In this document: one piece after another, positions 33,896 to 42,702 of the stretch
Layout: every line of letters starts with the position of its first letter
Numbering within the stretch: the first letter of the stretch is position 1
IMG/VR virus record: IMGVR_UViG_3300045988_137393
Length of the DNA: 64,000 bases
Strand: one strand, 5' to 3'
Origin: a virus
Program-made: the position numbers and the translations under genes
Notes under the pieces: generated by a model
Databases searched by the model: none
Told to the model about the DNA's origin: nothing
Seen by the model: the letters and a program-made list of their open reading frames with translations, nothing else

Positions 33896-34306
33896 ATGAA
33901 AATTATGGGAACAATTCGTAGATTTGACGACTTAGGTAGAATAGTAATTCCAAAGGAAATTAGAAGACTGGTGTTTGGAAAAGCAGACGCAATTGGTGAG
34001 CCAATGGAAATATTTATTGACGGAGGAAATGTTGTACTCCGAAGATACGAGGAAATACAAACTTGTAAATGGATAAAATACGATTATAGAACGATTTGCC
34101 CGAAAGAACATGACGATGCTGATGATCCATATTGGAGGATACCTGAAAATATGGCAAATTTAAAATATTGTCCTTATTGTGGCAAAGAGATAGTTGTTGT
34201 AAATAAAATCACAGTAAAACTTCGTTTCATTGTAAAAAATTTCTGGGCAATTCAGCTCAATAAAATTCCCAAATTAAAAAGAGAATATAGATATGTAACC
34301 AATTAA
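33896..34306 (+). CDS. AbrB/SpoVT-type DNA-binding domain protein with C-terminal Zn-ribbon (136 aa)
   Basis: GTIRRFDDLGRIVIPKEIRRLVF is the AbrB/MazE swapped-hairpin signature. CPYCGK near the C-terminus. Confidence 0.7.
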   Translation: MKIMGTIRRFDDLGRIVIPKEIRRLVFGKADAIGEPMEIFIDGGNVVLRRYEEIQTCKWIKYDYRTICPKEHDDADDPYWRIPENMANLKYCPYCGKEIVVVNKITVKLRFIVKNFWAIQLNKIPKLKREYRYVTN

Positions 34307-34346
34307 CATTCATATATAAAAATTATAGAAAAGGATAGTAAAACAG

Positions 34347-36947
34347 ATGAATGGATTGAGTAGTAAAGAAGTTCTCAAAAGTAGAGAGCTTCATGGAAGT
34401 AATAAGCTTCCTGAACCAAAGTTGGACAAGTGGTATGACTTCGCAAAGGAGGCATTAAGTGAGAAAATCACAATGATTCTTATTGCAATTGCAGTATTAC
34501 AGTTATTCCTTGGAGTCATGGGATTAATGGATTTATCAGATCCAATTATGATTCTTGTTGTATTAGCAATTGTAACATGTATTGCTGTTAAGACTGGACT
34601 TGGTGTTCAAAAATCAGCAGCAGAGTTGAGAGCCAAAACATCAGTCAGGTATTGTGACGTAATTCGTGATGGCAAAGTTCAAACAATTAATAAGGATGAA
34701 TTGGTAGTTGGTGATATTGTTTGTGTAGGAATGGGACAAGAGATTTTTGCAGATGGATATCTCATTGAAGGTAAGATTTCTGTAAACAATGCAGCTATTA
34801 ATGGAGAAACAAAAGAGTGTAAGAAAACACCAATTGAAGGATACGTTCATAAGAAAACTACTTCAACAGATGCTTATACGAATAAGAATTGCTTATTTGC
34901 TGGCACAACAGTAATGTCAGGCGAAGGAAAAATGATTGTTACTGATGTAGGTGTGAATACAGTAAATGGTGATACACTTGTTAAAATGCAAACACTTGAA
35001 GCACCAAAGACAGCACTTGATATTGCACTTGATAATCTGAGTGACTTCATTTCTAAGTGGGGAACAATCGCAGCCGTTATTACATTTGCGGTACTTACAA
35101 TTTCAGGAATTGTGCAGGTTGGATTTGGAGAATATTTTAGCGGTGGCGTTCTGAATATTATTCAGAAAATTGCACAGAACTTCTCAGTAGCATTAACAAT
35201 TATTGTAGCTGCTGTTCCCGAAGGATTGCCTCTTATTGTAAAACTTGTAACAAAACAGAATGTAAAGACAATGGAGAAATTCAATATTCTTGCTAAGAAT
35301 CCTGGTAAAATTCCAGAGTTAGCATATGTTGATATTATCTGTACTGATAAGACAGGTACTCTTACGACAGGTGTTATGACTCCAAAGAAGATTATTGATG
35401 GCTTTGGTAACGATGTAAATAAGGATTCAGTTCTTTGGAATAATATCAAGGCAAACATTTCTTTAAATAATAGTGCAACATTTGATTCAGAAAACAATAT
35501 TACAGGTGGTAATTCAATTGATAGAGCAGTTCTTAGCCTTGTAAATCCTGAAACATATGCTGACATTCAGAAAAAATATCCAGTTAAGTTAAAGCAGGTA
35601 TTTAATAGTAGTAATAAGTATTCAGCTTTTACGACAAAGGATGGAATTACATACTATAAGGGTGCACCTGAGAAACTGATTGAGCATTGCACAAAAGTAA
35701 TGGACTCAAGTGATAAAATTGTAGACAATAACGACAATGACACATTAAGTAATGCAATTACAGCAATGACAAGTAATGCAATGAGATGTATTGCAGTTAC
35801 AATGGCAGATGGTGATTTAGTAGAGAATGAAATACCGAATGATATGACATTCCTTGGAATTATTGGTGTTGTAGATCCTGTAAGAGATGAAGTACCGAGT
35901 GCAGTAAAAACAGCACATAAGGCTGGTATTCAAGTTATTGAAATTACAGGCGATTGTATTGAGACAGCAGTTGCAGTTGCTACAGAGTGTGGAATTTACA
36001 AAGATGGAGATTTAGCACTTACAAATGATGAATTTGAAGCGATGTCAGATGATGAAGTAAAGAGTATAATTCCTCGATTGAGAGTTATTTCAAGGTGTTC
36101 ACCAAACACAAAACTCAGACTTGTCACATTAGCACAGGAGATTGGAAAATCAGTTGCAATGACAGGTGATGGAGTAAATGATAGTCCTGCTTTAAAGAGA
36201 GCCGATGTTGGTTTTGGTATGCAAGGTGGTTCAGATGTTGCAAAAGAAGCATCAGATATTGTATTAACAGATGATAACTTTGCAAGCGTTGTAAAGGCAG
36301 TAGAACTTGGAAGAACATTTATGCACAATATTATGATGTTCCTTGAATTCCAGTTACCTATCAATATTTCACTTCTGATTCTCAGTGTTATCTATCCAAT
36401 GATTGTAACAGGTGCATTGCTCGCTTCAGTTCAGATTCTGATTGTAAATATCATTATGGATTCCCTTAATTCACTATCATTCGGTGGCGAACCACCAAAA
36501 GATGAGTATATGACAGAGAAACCTATCAAGAAGGGTTCTGGCTTATTCATTAGAGGAGCAAAGAAACGTATTGCAATTAGTACAGTAGCATTTATTGTAC
36601 TCTATGGAATTATTACATTTAGTCCAATTTCAGATATGTTTGCAACTGAAACAGAGGCTATAACAGCGAGATTTGCATTATTATGTTTCATGGCTGTATT
36701 TAATGGATTTAACATTCGTACAGAGCATATTAATTTATTCAATGGTATTGGAAAGAACAAGTTATTTTCAGCCATTGCAATCGGAATTTTTGTAATGACG
36801 ATTGCTCTTTGTAGCTTTGCGGAAAATCTTATTAAGGTCACAGCTTTAGATTTCAAACATTGGGTAGTAGTTGTAATTTTAGCCTTTATGGTTATTCCAA
36901 TTGATCTTATCAGAAAGATTATTGAGAAGAAAAGAGAGAATAAGTAA
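34347..36947 (+). CDS. P-type (P2-like) cation-transporting ATPase, probably Ca2+ (866 aa)
   Basis: N-terminal LSSKEVLKSRELHGSNKLPEPK. Phosphorylation site ICTDKTGTLT. Hinge MTGDGVNDSPALKRADVGFGM. PEGLP in M4. Multiple TM segments. Confidence 0.9.
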   Translation: MNGLSSKEVLKSRELHGSNKLPEPKLDKWYDFAKEALSEKITMILIAIAVLQLFLGVMGLMDLSDPIMILVVLAIVTCIAVKTGLGVQKSAAELRAKTSVRYCDVIRDGKVQTINKDELVVGDIVCVGMGQEIFADGYLIEGKISVNNAAINGETKECKKTPIEGYVHKKTTSTDAYTNKNCLFAGTTVMSGEGKMIVTDVGVNTVNGDTLVKMQTLEAPKTALDIALDNLSDFISKWGTIAAVITFAVLTISGIVQVGFGEYFSGGVLNIIQKIAQNFSVALTIIVAAVPEGLPLIVKLVTKQNVKTMEKFNILAKNPGKIPELAYVDIICTDKTGTLTTGVMTPKKIIDGFGNDVNKDSVLWNNIKANISLNNSATFDSENNITGGNSIDRAVLSLVNPETYADIQKKYPVKLKQVFNSSNKYSAFTTKDGITYYKGAPEKLIEHCTKVMDSSDKIVDNNDNDTLSNAITAMTSNAMRCIAVTMADGDLVENEIPNDMTFLGIIGVVDPVRDEVPSAVKTAHKAGIQVIEITGDCIETAVAVATECGIYKDGDLALTNDEFEAMSDDEVKSIIPRLRVISRCSPNTKLRLVTLAQEIGKSVAMTGDGVNDSPALKRADVGFGMQGGSDVAKEASDIVLTDDNFASVVKAVELGRTFMHNIMMFLEFQLPINISLLILSVIYPMIVTGALLASVQILIVNIIMDSLNSLSFGGEPPKDEYMTEKPIKKGSGLFIRGAKKRIAISTVAFIVLYGIITFSPISDMFATETEAITARFALLCFMAVFNGFNIRTEHINLFNGIGKNKLFSAIAIGIFVMTIALCSFAENLIKVTALDFKHWVVVVILAFMVIPIDLIRKIIEKKRENK

Positions 36948-36963
36948 TTGAGGAGATGAGAGC

Positions 36964-37167
36964 ATGGTAAGGAGAGATAAAAGTTATAAAAAAGTAGAGA
37001 TTATTACTATTATATGCTTTTCAATTAGTGTTATTACAGTATGTATTACACGCTTTATTCCATTTATTTTTCTGACGTTACTCACATTCCCAATTTCTTT
37101 TAAATTATTAAAAGGGAAGGTTGACAGCCTTCCCAAGAATAAGGAGGACAAACAATATGTCAATTAG
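36964..37167 (+). CDS. small membrane protein (67 aa)
   Basis: ATG 8 nt after AGGAG. Two hydrophobic segments. Confidence 0.55.
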   Translation: MVRRDKSYKKVEIITIICFSISVITVCITRFIPFIFLTLLTFPISFKLLKGKVDSLPKNKEDKQYVN

Positions 37168-37735
37168 TTTAGTTAAAGGTCAGAAGATTGACCTTACAAA
37201 AGGTAATGCAGGTTTAAACAAAGTCGTATTTGGTCTTGGATGGGATACAAATAGATACGATGGTAATGCAGATTTCGATTTGGATGTATCAGCATTTTTT
37301 ACTGATGATTCAGGAAAGGTAACAGGCGAACAGGATTTTGTATTTTATGGTCAGCCACAGCATCCAAGCGGAGCATTGATTTATTCTGGCGATAATAGAA
37401 CAGGTGTAGGTGATGGCGATGACGAGACAATGATTGTTGAGTTAAATAAGATTCCATCTAATATTACAAAGATTAGCTTCTCAGCGACAATTTATGATGC
37501 AGAAAATCGTTTACAGAATTTCGGAATGGTTGATAATTCGTACATTAGAGCATACAACGCTGATACAAATGAGGAACTTTTCAAATATGAACTTAATGAG
37601 GATTTCTCATTAGAGACAGGTGTTATTGCAGGTGAGTTGTATCGTAAGAACGGTGAATGGAAGTTTAATGCAGTTGGTTCAGGTTACAATGGTGGTTTAG
37701 CTGCTATTGGTAGAAATTTTGGTCTTGATTTATAA
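37157..37735 (+). CDS. terD: TerD-family (tellurium-resistance/Ca2+-binding) protein, paralog 1 (192 aa)
   Basis: MSISLVKGQKIDLTK..GLGWD..DFDLDVSAF..GDNRTGVGDGDDE..GEWKFNAVGSGY. ATG 8 nt after AAGGAGG. Confidence 0.9.
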   Translation: MSISLVKGQKIDLTKGNAGLNKVVFGLGWDTNRYDGNADFDLDVSAFFTDDSGKVTGEQDFVFYGQPQHPSGALIYSGDNRTGVGDGDDETMIVELNKIPSNITKISFSATIYDAENRLQNFGMVDNSYIRAYNADTNEELFKYELNEDFSLETGVIAGELYRKNGEWKFNAVGSGYNGGLAAIGRNFGLDL

Positions 37736-37753
37736 AATGGAAGGAGAATATAT

Positions 37754-38329
37754 ATGTCAGTAAATTTAGTAAAAGGACAGAAAATTAATTTATCTAAGGA
37801 AGTAGCAGGTGGTCTTACAAAGATTATGGTAGGACTTGGATGGGATGCTGCTAAGAAAGGATTATTTGGTTCTAAGCCAAACATTGATTGCGATGCTTCA
37901 GCAATTATTTTAGGAAAAGATGATAAGTATCGCACATGTGTTTATTATGGTGACAGATCAGCGGAAGACAGATGTGTGTATCATCATGGCGACAACCTCA
38001 CAGGAGATGGAGACGGTGATGATGAGCAGATTACAGTTGATCTTGCGAATATTACAAATAAGGTTGAGAAGATTGTATTTGTAGTAAATATCTATGATTG
38101 TATTTCAAGAAAGCAGGATTTTGGACTTATCAAGAATGCGTACATTAGACTTGTTGATGAGTCAACTGGTAAGGAAATTTGTAAATACAATCTTTCAGAT
38201 GATTATGCTGGCAAGACAGCAATGATATTTGCAGAGGTTTATAAGAAAGACGGAGAGTGGAAATTTAACGCTATCGGTCAGGGAACAAATGATTCAAGTG
38301 TTAGCGAATTAACAAGAAGATACAAATAG
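37754..38329 (+). CDS. terD: TerD-family protein, paralog 2 (191 aa)
   Basis: MSVNLVKGQKINLSK..GLGWD..GDNLTGDGDGDDE..GEWKFNAIGQG. Confidence 0.9.
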   Translation: MSVNLVKGQKINLSKEVAGGLTKIMVGLGWDAAKKGLFGSKPNIDCDASAIILGKDDKYRTCVYYGDRSAEDRCVYHHGDNLTGDGDGDDEQITVDLANITNKVEKIVFVVNIYDCISRKQDFGLIKNAYIRLVDESTGKEICKYNLSDDYAGKTAMIFAEVYKKDGEWKFNAIGQGTNDSSVSELTRRYK

Positions 38330-38341
38330 GAGGATTTAATT

Positions 38342-38923
38342 ATGTCAGTTTCGTTAAGTAAAGGACAGAGAGTAGATTTAACAAAGGGTAGACCGTCATT
38401 AAAAAACATTCTTGTTGGACTTGGATGGGATATTAATCATTATGATGGAGAAGCAGATTTTGACCTCGATGCATCCGTGTTTATGACAAAAGAGAATGGT
38501 AAGGTTGGCAAGGATGAGGATTTCATTTTCTATGGTAATCTTGAACATAGTTCAAAGAGTGTAAAGCATATGGGAGATAACCGTACAGGTGAGGGAGATG
38601 GAGATGATGAGGTTATTAAGATTAAACTTGATAAAATCCCATCAGACTACGAGACTCTTGCTGTGACGGTCACAATTTATGATGCTGAGAGTAGACTTCA
38701 GAACTTCGGTATGGTTGGAAATGCATATGTGCGTGTAGTAGACGAAGAGACAGGCGAGGAACTTATTCGTTTTGATTTAAGTGAAGACTTCTCTACCGAG
38801 ACTGCGTTAGTCGTAGCTGAAATTTATAAACATAATGGTGAATGGAAGTTTAAGGCTGTAGGAAGTGGCTATAACGGTGGATTAAAAGCATTATGTAATC
38901 AGTATAGAATTGATGCAGAGTAG
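38342..38923 (+). CDS. terD: TerD-family protein, paralog 3 (193 aa)
   Basis: MSVSLSKGQRVDLTK..GLGWD..GDNRTGEGDGDDE..GEWKFKAVGSGYNGGLKALC. Very close to the B. subtilis YceD pattern. Confidence 0.9.
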   Translation: MSVSLSKGQRVDLTKGRPSLKNILVGLGWDINHYDGEADFDLDASVFMTKENGKVGKDEDFIFYGNLEHSSKSVKHMGDNRTGEGDGDDEVIKIKLDKIPSDYETLAVTVTIYDAESRLQNFGMVGNAYVRVVDEETGEELIRFDLSEDFSTETALVVAEIYKHNGEWKFKAVGSGYNGGLKALCNQYRIDAE

Positions 38924-38932
38924 GAGGATTGT

Positions 38933-39682
38933 ATGACAAATTTTATGTTTATTATAATTGTGGCGATTGTATTAATTGCACTGATCCTTTTCTTTACTCC
39001 TTTTGGTAAACAGCTTCGAGTAAAATTTAAAGGAAGAACGGATGAAGTGATGCGTCAGGATGCACAGACACCAGAAGGTGCTAGAGATTATTACAATGCA
39101 GCCATTAGAGAAAAGGAAGACTTTTATAACAAGGCATCTGCTACATATGCTGAAATTTCAGGAAAGCGTGATACAGCAGAAAAAGACTTATATCAGGCGA
39201 ATAAAGATATTATGCGTGTTACACAGCAGATTAATGCTTGTCTTGATGAAAATAAAGAAAATGAAGCAATGCAGTATGCAATGAAGAAGTCTACTTTGGA
39301 GAATAAGATTAATGTACTAAAAGATACAATTGAAGAGATGAAAGAAGCACAGGTTCACCAAAAAGACATTCGTGATCAGGTAGCCGAAGAATTGCAGAAA
39401 CTTAAAGAGGAAAAGGAACAGGTTCTTTTTCAGATGGAAGCTGATAGTCAGATTATCGAACTTCATCAGAGTATGGATAGTCTTAATACGAATAATGAGA
39501 GCGATAGAATGCTTGAAAGAGTTCGTGAAGGAGCAAGAAAGACAAGAGAACGTGCAGAAGGAAGTAGAATTGCATATGATTCTAGCGCACAGGCTAATGA
39601 GAGAAGACTTGCTAATTCTGAAAGAGAGCGCAATGCTCGTCAGATCCTTGATGATATGAAGAGACAGAGGGGTAATAAGTAA
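38933..39682 (+). CDS. membrane-anchored coiled-coil protein, PspA/IM30-like (249 aa)
   Basis: N-terminal TM FMFIIIVAIVLIALILFF, then long heptad-rich helices resembling PspA/LiaH. TelA-like is not excluded. Confidence 0.5.
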   Translation: MTNFMFIIIVAIVLIALILFFTPFGKQLRVKFKGRTDEVMRQDAQTPEGARDYYNAAIREKEDFYNKASATYAEISGKRDTAEKDLYQANKDIMRVTQQINACLDENKENEAMQYAMKKSTLENKINVLKDTIEEMKEAQVHQKDIRDQVAEELQKLKEEKEQVLFQMEADSQIIELHQSMDSLNTNNESDRMLERVREGARKTRERAEGSRIAYDSSAQANERRLANSERERNARQILDDMKRQRGNK

Positions 39683-39774
39683 TGATTGTATTAAACATTG
39701 GAGTTTTCGTAATCTGTCTTGGAGTATGCTTTGGAGCAGGTTTTATTGTAGGAAAACGTAAAAAGAATAAATAA
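39682..39774 (+). CDS. small membrane peptide (30 aa)
   Basis: TAATG overlap with the upstream stop. MIVLNIGVFVICLGVCFGAGFIVGKRKKNK*. Confidence 0.45.
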   Translation: MIVLNIGVFVICLGVCFGAGFIVGKRKKNK

Positions 39775-39879
39775 TTCAAGAGTTAGTAGGTGTCATAGCC
39801 TACTGACTCTATCAATACACCATATGTAGTGATTGGAGAATGTAATATATACTTTATATGGTGTATAAATTGCATTAGA

Positions 39880-39914
39880 AAGAAACGCACATTTCTTGCG
39901 GATTTTTGGAGGTG
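39880..39914 (+). promoter_or_regulatory. AAGAAA-loop-TTTCTT hairpin followed by GGAGGTG SD (recurrent motif, exemplar)
   Basis: AAGAAA 39880-85 pairs with TTTCTT 39892-97. SD at 39908-14, TTG start at 39922. Confidence 0.5.
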
Positions 39915-39921
39915 AAATCTT

Positions 39922-40170
39922 TTGAAAGTTGTTGGAAACAAAGAAGATGTTAATCGAATAGAATTGTCACATAAAGGTTTGAATGTCAGTTTTAATTGTT
40001 CTATGAAGCCATTGCCTTATGATTATAATATTGATATATCTAAACCTAAAACAATTGAGATAATATTCAAAGATTCTTACGAAATAGAAGCTTTGATAGA
40101 TGTATTAGAAAAATTTAAAAAAGAGTGTTTTGGGCTTATTGGAGAATGGAGACAATATTATGACGAATAA
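39922..40170 (+). CDS. hypothetical protein (82 aa), TTG start
   Basis: TTG 7 nt after GGAGGTG. Overlaps the Tpt1 start by 11 nt. Confidence 0.6.
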   Translation: MKVVGNKEDVNRIELSHKGLNVSFNCSMKPLPYDYNIDISKPKTIEIIFKDSYEIEALIDVLEKFKKECFGLIGEWRQYYDE

Positions 40171-40702
40171 AGAGCAAAATAATTTAAGCAAATACATAGC
40201 ATTAATTCTTAGACATAGACCTGATGTTGTTGGCATCACATTAGACGAACATGGCTGGGCTAATGTATCAGATTTATTAAAGGGAATCAATAAAACTCAG
40301 ACAATTACAATGAAAATGCTTGAAAAAATTGTAGAAGAAGATTCTAAACAGAGATATTCATTTAATCGAGAGAAGACGCTTATCAGAGCAAATCAAGGTC
40401 ATTCTGTAAAAGTCGATGTAGAATTGAAAGAGTGTATGCCACCAGATATTTTATATCATGGAACAGGTGTTAAATATTGCTCTTCAATCAATAAACAAGG
40501 GTTAATATCCAAGAGTCGTTTATATGTCCATCTATCAAAAGATATTGAAACAGCAACAAATGTTGGCAGTAGACATGGAGAACCGTTTATTTATAAGGTT
40601 AGAGCAAAAGATATGTATAATGACGGATATAAATTCTTTTTATCTCAAAATGATGTATGGCTTACAAAAGAAGTACCAATCTGTTATTTAGAAGGAGAAT
40701 AA
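40160..40702 (+). CDS. kptA: RNA 2'-phosphotransferase, Tpt1/KptA family (180 aa)
   Basis: LSKYIALILRHRPDVVGITLDEHGWANVSDLL..IRANQGHSV..LYHGT..SRLYVHLS reproduces the Tpt1 R-H-R-R motif context. Confidence 0.85.
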   Translation: MTNKEQNNLSKYIALILRHRPDVVGITLDEHGWANVSDLLKGINKTQTITMKMLEKIVEEDSKQRYSFNREKTLIRANQGHSVKVDVELKECMPPDILYHGTGVKYCSSINKQGLISKSRLYVHLSKDIETATNVGSRHGEPFIYKVRAKDMYNDGYKFFLSQNDVWLTKEVPICYLEGE

Positions 40703-40706
40703 TACA

Positions 40707-41255
40707 ATGTCAAATTTATATGTATATTTAATTCGTTCTCGTAACAAGGATAATAAGGATATTCCAAATTTTAAGCAACGAGATAAGACAATTCTTGAAT
40801 ATAAAGAGAATGAAGACGAAATAATTGAAGAATTTAAAAGTTTTGCAACTAAAGGAGTTCCTGGTGAACAGACAAGATTATATAGATCAGTTAATTCTAG
40901 GAACGAAGAGAAAATCAGGGAAGAATTTATTATTCGTCTGCTGAGAGACAAGCCAAGTATGACACAGCTTAATCGTACATTAGCTTCAGTTGCACAGCAA
41001 GTACAAAATCGTGACGAGAGTAAATGGTTGTTTGACTTTGATGTGGACAATGAAGAAAAAGTAGAAGATTTTATTGACGATATTTATTTTTATTCAGAAT
41101 TGGATAATCACGAATTGCATAAGACTCCACATGGCTATGCAATCATTGTTCCGCATAGATTTGATACAAGAGAGTTGATGGAAAAGTGGAAAGATTATGA
41201 TATCACATTGAAGAAAGATGAGTTGTTGTTTTTGGATATGATAACGAATAAGTGA
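40707..41255 (+). CDS. hypothetical protein (182 aa) embedded in the Tpt1-CCA-DHH operon
   Basis: ATG 4 nt after the GGAGAATAA junction. No family recognised by eye. Confidence 0.7.
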   Translation: MSNLYVYLIRSRNKDNKDIPNFKQRDKTILEYKENEDEIIEEFKSFATKGVPGEQTRLYRSVNSRNEEKIREEFIIRLLRDKPSMTQLNRTLASVAQQVQNRDESKWLFDFDVDNEEKVEDFIDDIYFYSELDNHELHKTPHGYAIIVPHRFDTRELMEKWKDYDITLKKDELLFLDMITNK

Positions 41256-41292
41256 TATTTTATTGATATACCAAAAATTGAGGTGAATTTGG

Positions 41293-42702
41293 ATGAAAAG
41301 ATTGAAAATTGAAATTCCATCTGGTGCAAATGAAATTATCCATAGTCTACAAAACAATGGATATGAAGCTTTCTTAGTTGGAGGGTGCGTAAGAGATAGT
41401 ATTCTTGGCAGAATAATTCACGATTATGACATTACAACTTCTGCCACACCAGATGAAATGATGGAAGTATTTAAGGATAAAAGAATTATTGAAACTGGAT
41501 TACAACATGGAACTATTACCATTATAATTGACGGTGAAGGATATGAATGTACCACTTACAGAATTGACGGTAATTACTCAGATAGTCGTAGACCTGATAG
41601 CATAACATTTACACGAAATCTTAAAGAAGATTTAAAGCGTAGAGATTTTACAATCAATGCGATGGCATACAATGATGAAGTTGGACTTGTAGATCCGTTT
41701 AATGGCATGGAAGATATTGAGCATTATAAAATCAGATGTGTTGGTAGAGCAGAGGATAGATTTTCAGAAGATGCTTTAAGGATTTTACGTGCTATTCGGT
41801 TTGCTTCACAACTGGGATTTGTCCTTGAACCTGATACAGATTGGAATATCTCTAAAATGTATAAGAATTTGGAGAATATATCTATTGAAAGGATCAATAG
41901 TGAGTTCTGTAAAATTGCTGCATCGAGTGATTTCTGTGTACAAATGGTCTTATATCACGAAGTATTCTCATTGTTCATTCCTGAAATTAAAGATATGTTT
42001 GGCTTTCAACAGAATAATCCATATCACATGTATGATGTATGGAATCATACCGTACATGCAGTACAAGCATATTCTTGTGATTGTGAAGAAGACTTAAATC
42101 CAATAGATTTAATTACGTCATTAGCGGTGTTCTTTCATGACATAGGAAAGCCACACTGTTATCAAGACGGTGAGGATGGCATTAGACATTTTAAAGGGCA
42201 TGGAAAAGTCAGTGCTGATATGACTGATACAATTATGAAAAGACTTCGTTTTGATAATGATACAAGAGAAAAAGTAGTGCAGCTTGTTTATTATCATGAT
42301 GCAACTTTTGAAGTGGGTGAAAAGTATATCAAGAGATGGCTCAATAAGATTGGAGAAGAACAATTTAGAAGATTACTGAATGTTCGTAGAGCTGATATTA
42401 AAGCGCAGGCTTATACAGAGCAAGAGAGTAGGCTTCAGAAAATTGACAATATCGAATATATCTTAGAGGAAGTTTTACAGAAAGACGAATGTTTCTCACT
42501 GAAAGATTTGGCTGTTAATGGCAATGATTTGATTGAGATTGGATATAAGCCAGGAAAAGAAATAGGGAATACACTGAATTGTCTTTTACAGTTAGTAATT
42601 GAAGGTGTATATCTAAACGAGAAAAGTGAGTTACTTAAATATGTTGAGACAACAAAAGAATGGATGAAGTTAGGAGAGAATTATAATGGTAAGATTATTT
42701 AG
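41293..42702 (+). CDS. cca: CCA-adding enzyme (class II tRNA nucleotidyltransferase with HD domain) (469 aa)
   Basis: GGCVRDSILGR, HDYDITT, EDLKRRDFTINAMAY, and the C-terminal HD motif FFHDIGKPH. Confidence 0.88.
   Translation: MKRLKIEIPSGANEIIHSLQNNGYEAFLVGGCVRDSILGRIIHDYDITTSATPDEMMEVFKDKRIIETGLQHGTITIIIDGEGYECTTYRIDGNYSDSRRPDSITFTRNLKEDLKRRDFTINAMAYNDEVGLVDPFNGMEDIEHYKIRCVGRAEDRFSEDALRILRAIRFASQLGFVLEPDTDWNISKMYKNLENISIERINSEFCKIAASSDFCVQMVLYHEVFSLFIPEIKDMFGFQQNNPYHMYDVWNHTVHAVQAYSCDCEEDLNPIDLITSLAVFFHDIGKPHCYQDGEDGIRHFKGHGKVSADMTDTIMKRLRFDNDTREKVVQLVYYHDATFEVGEKYIKRWLNKIGEEQFRRLLNVRRADIKAQAYTEQESRLQKIDNIEYILEEVLQKDECFSLKDLAVNGNDLIEIGYKPGKEIGNTLNCLLQLVIEGVYLNEKSELLKYVETTKEWMKLGENYNGKII

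Noticed and set aside
38933-39682. Calling the coiled-coil protein TelA or TerB
   Set aside because: At 249 aa with an N-terminal TM, it fits the continuous PspA/IM30-like heptad pattern better than the longer TelA proteins (roughly 360-400 aa, from memory). Without a profile search I left it as PspA-like at low confidence.
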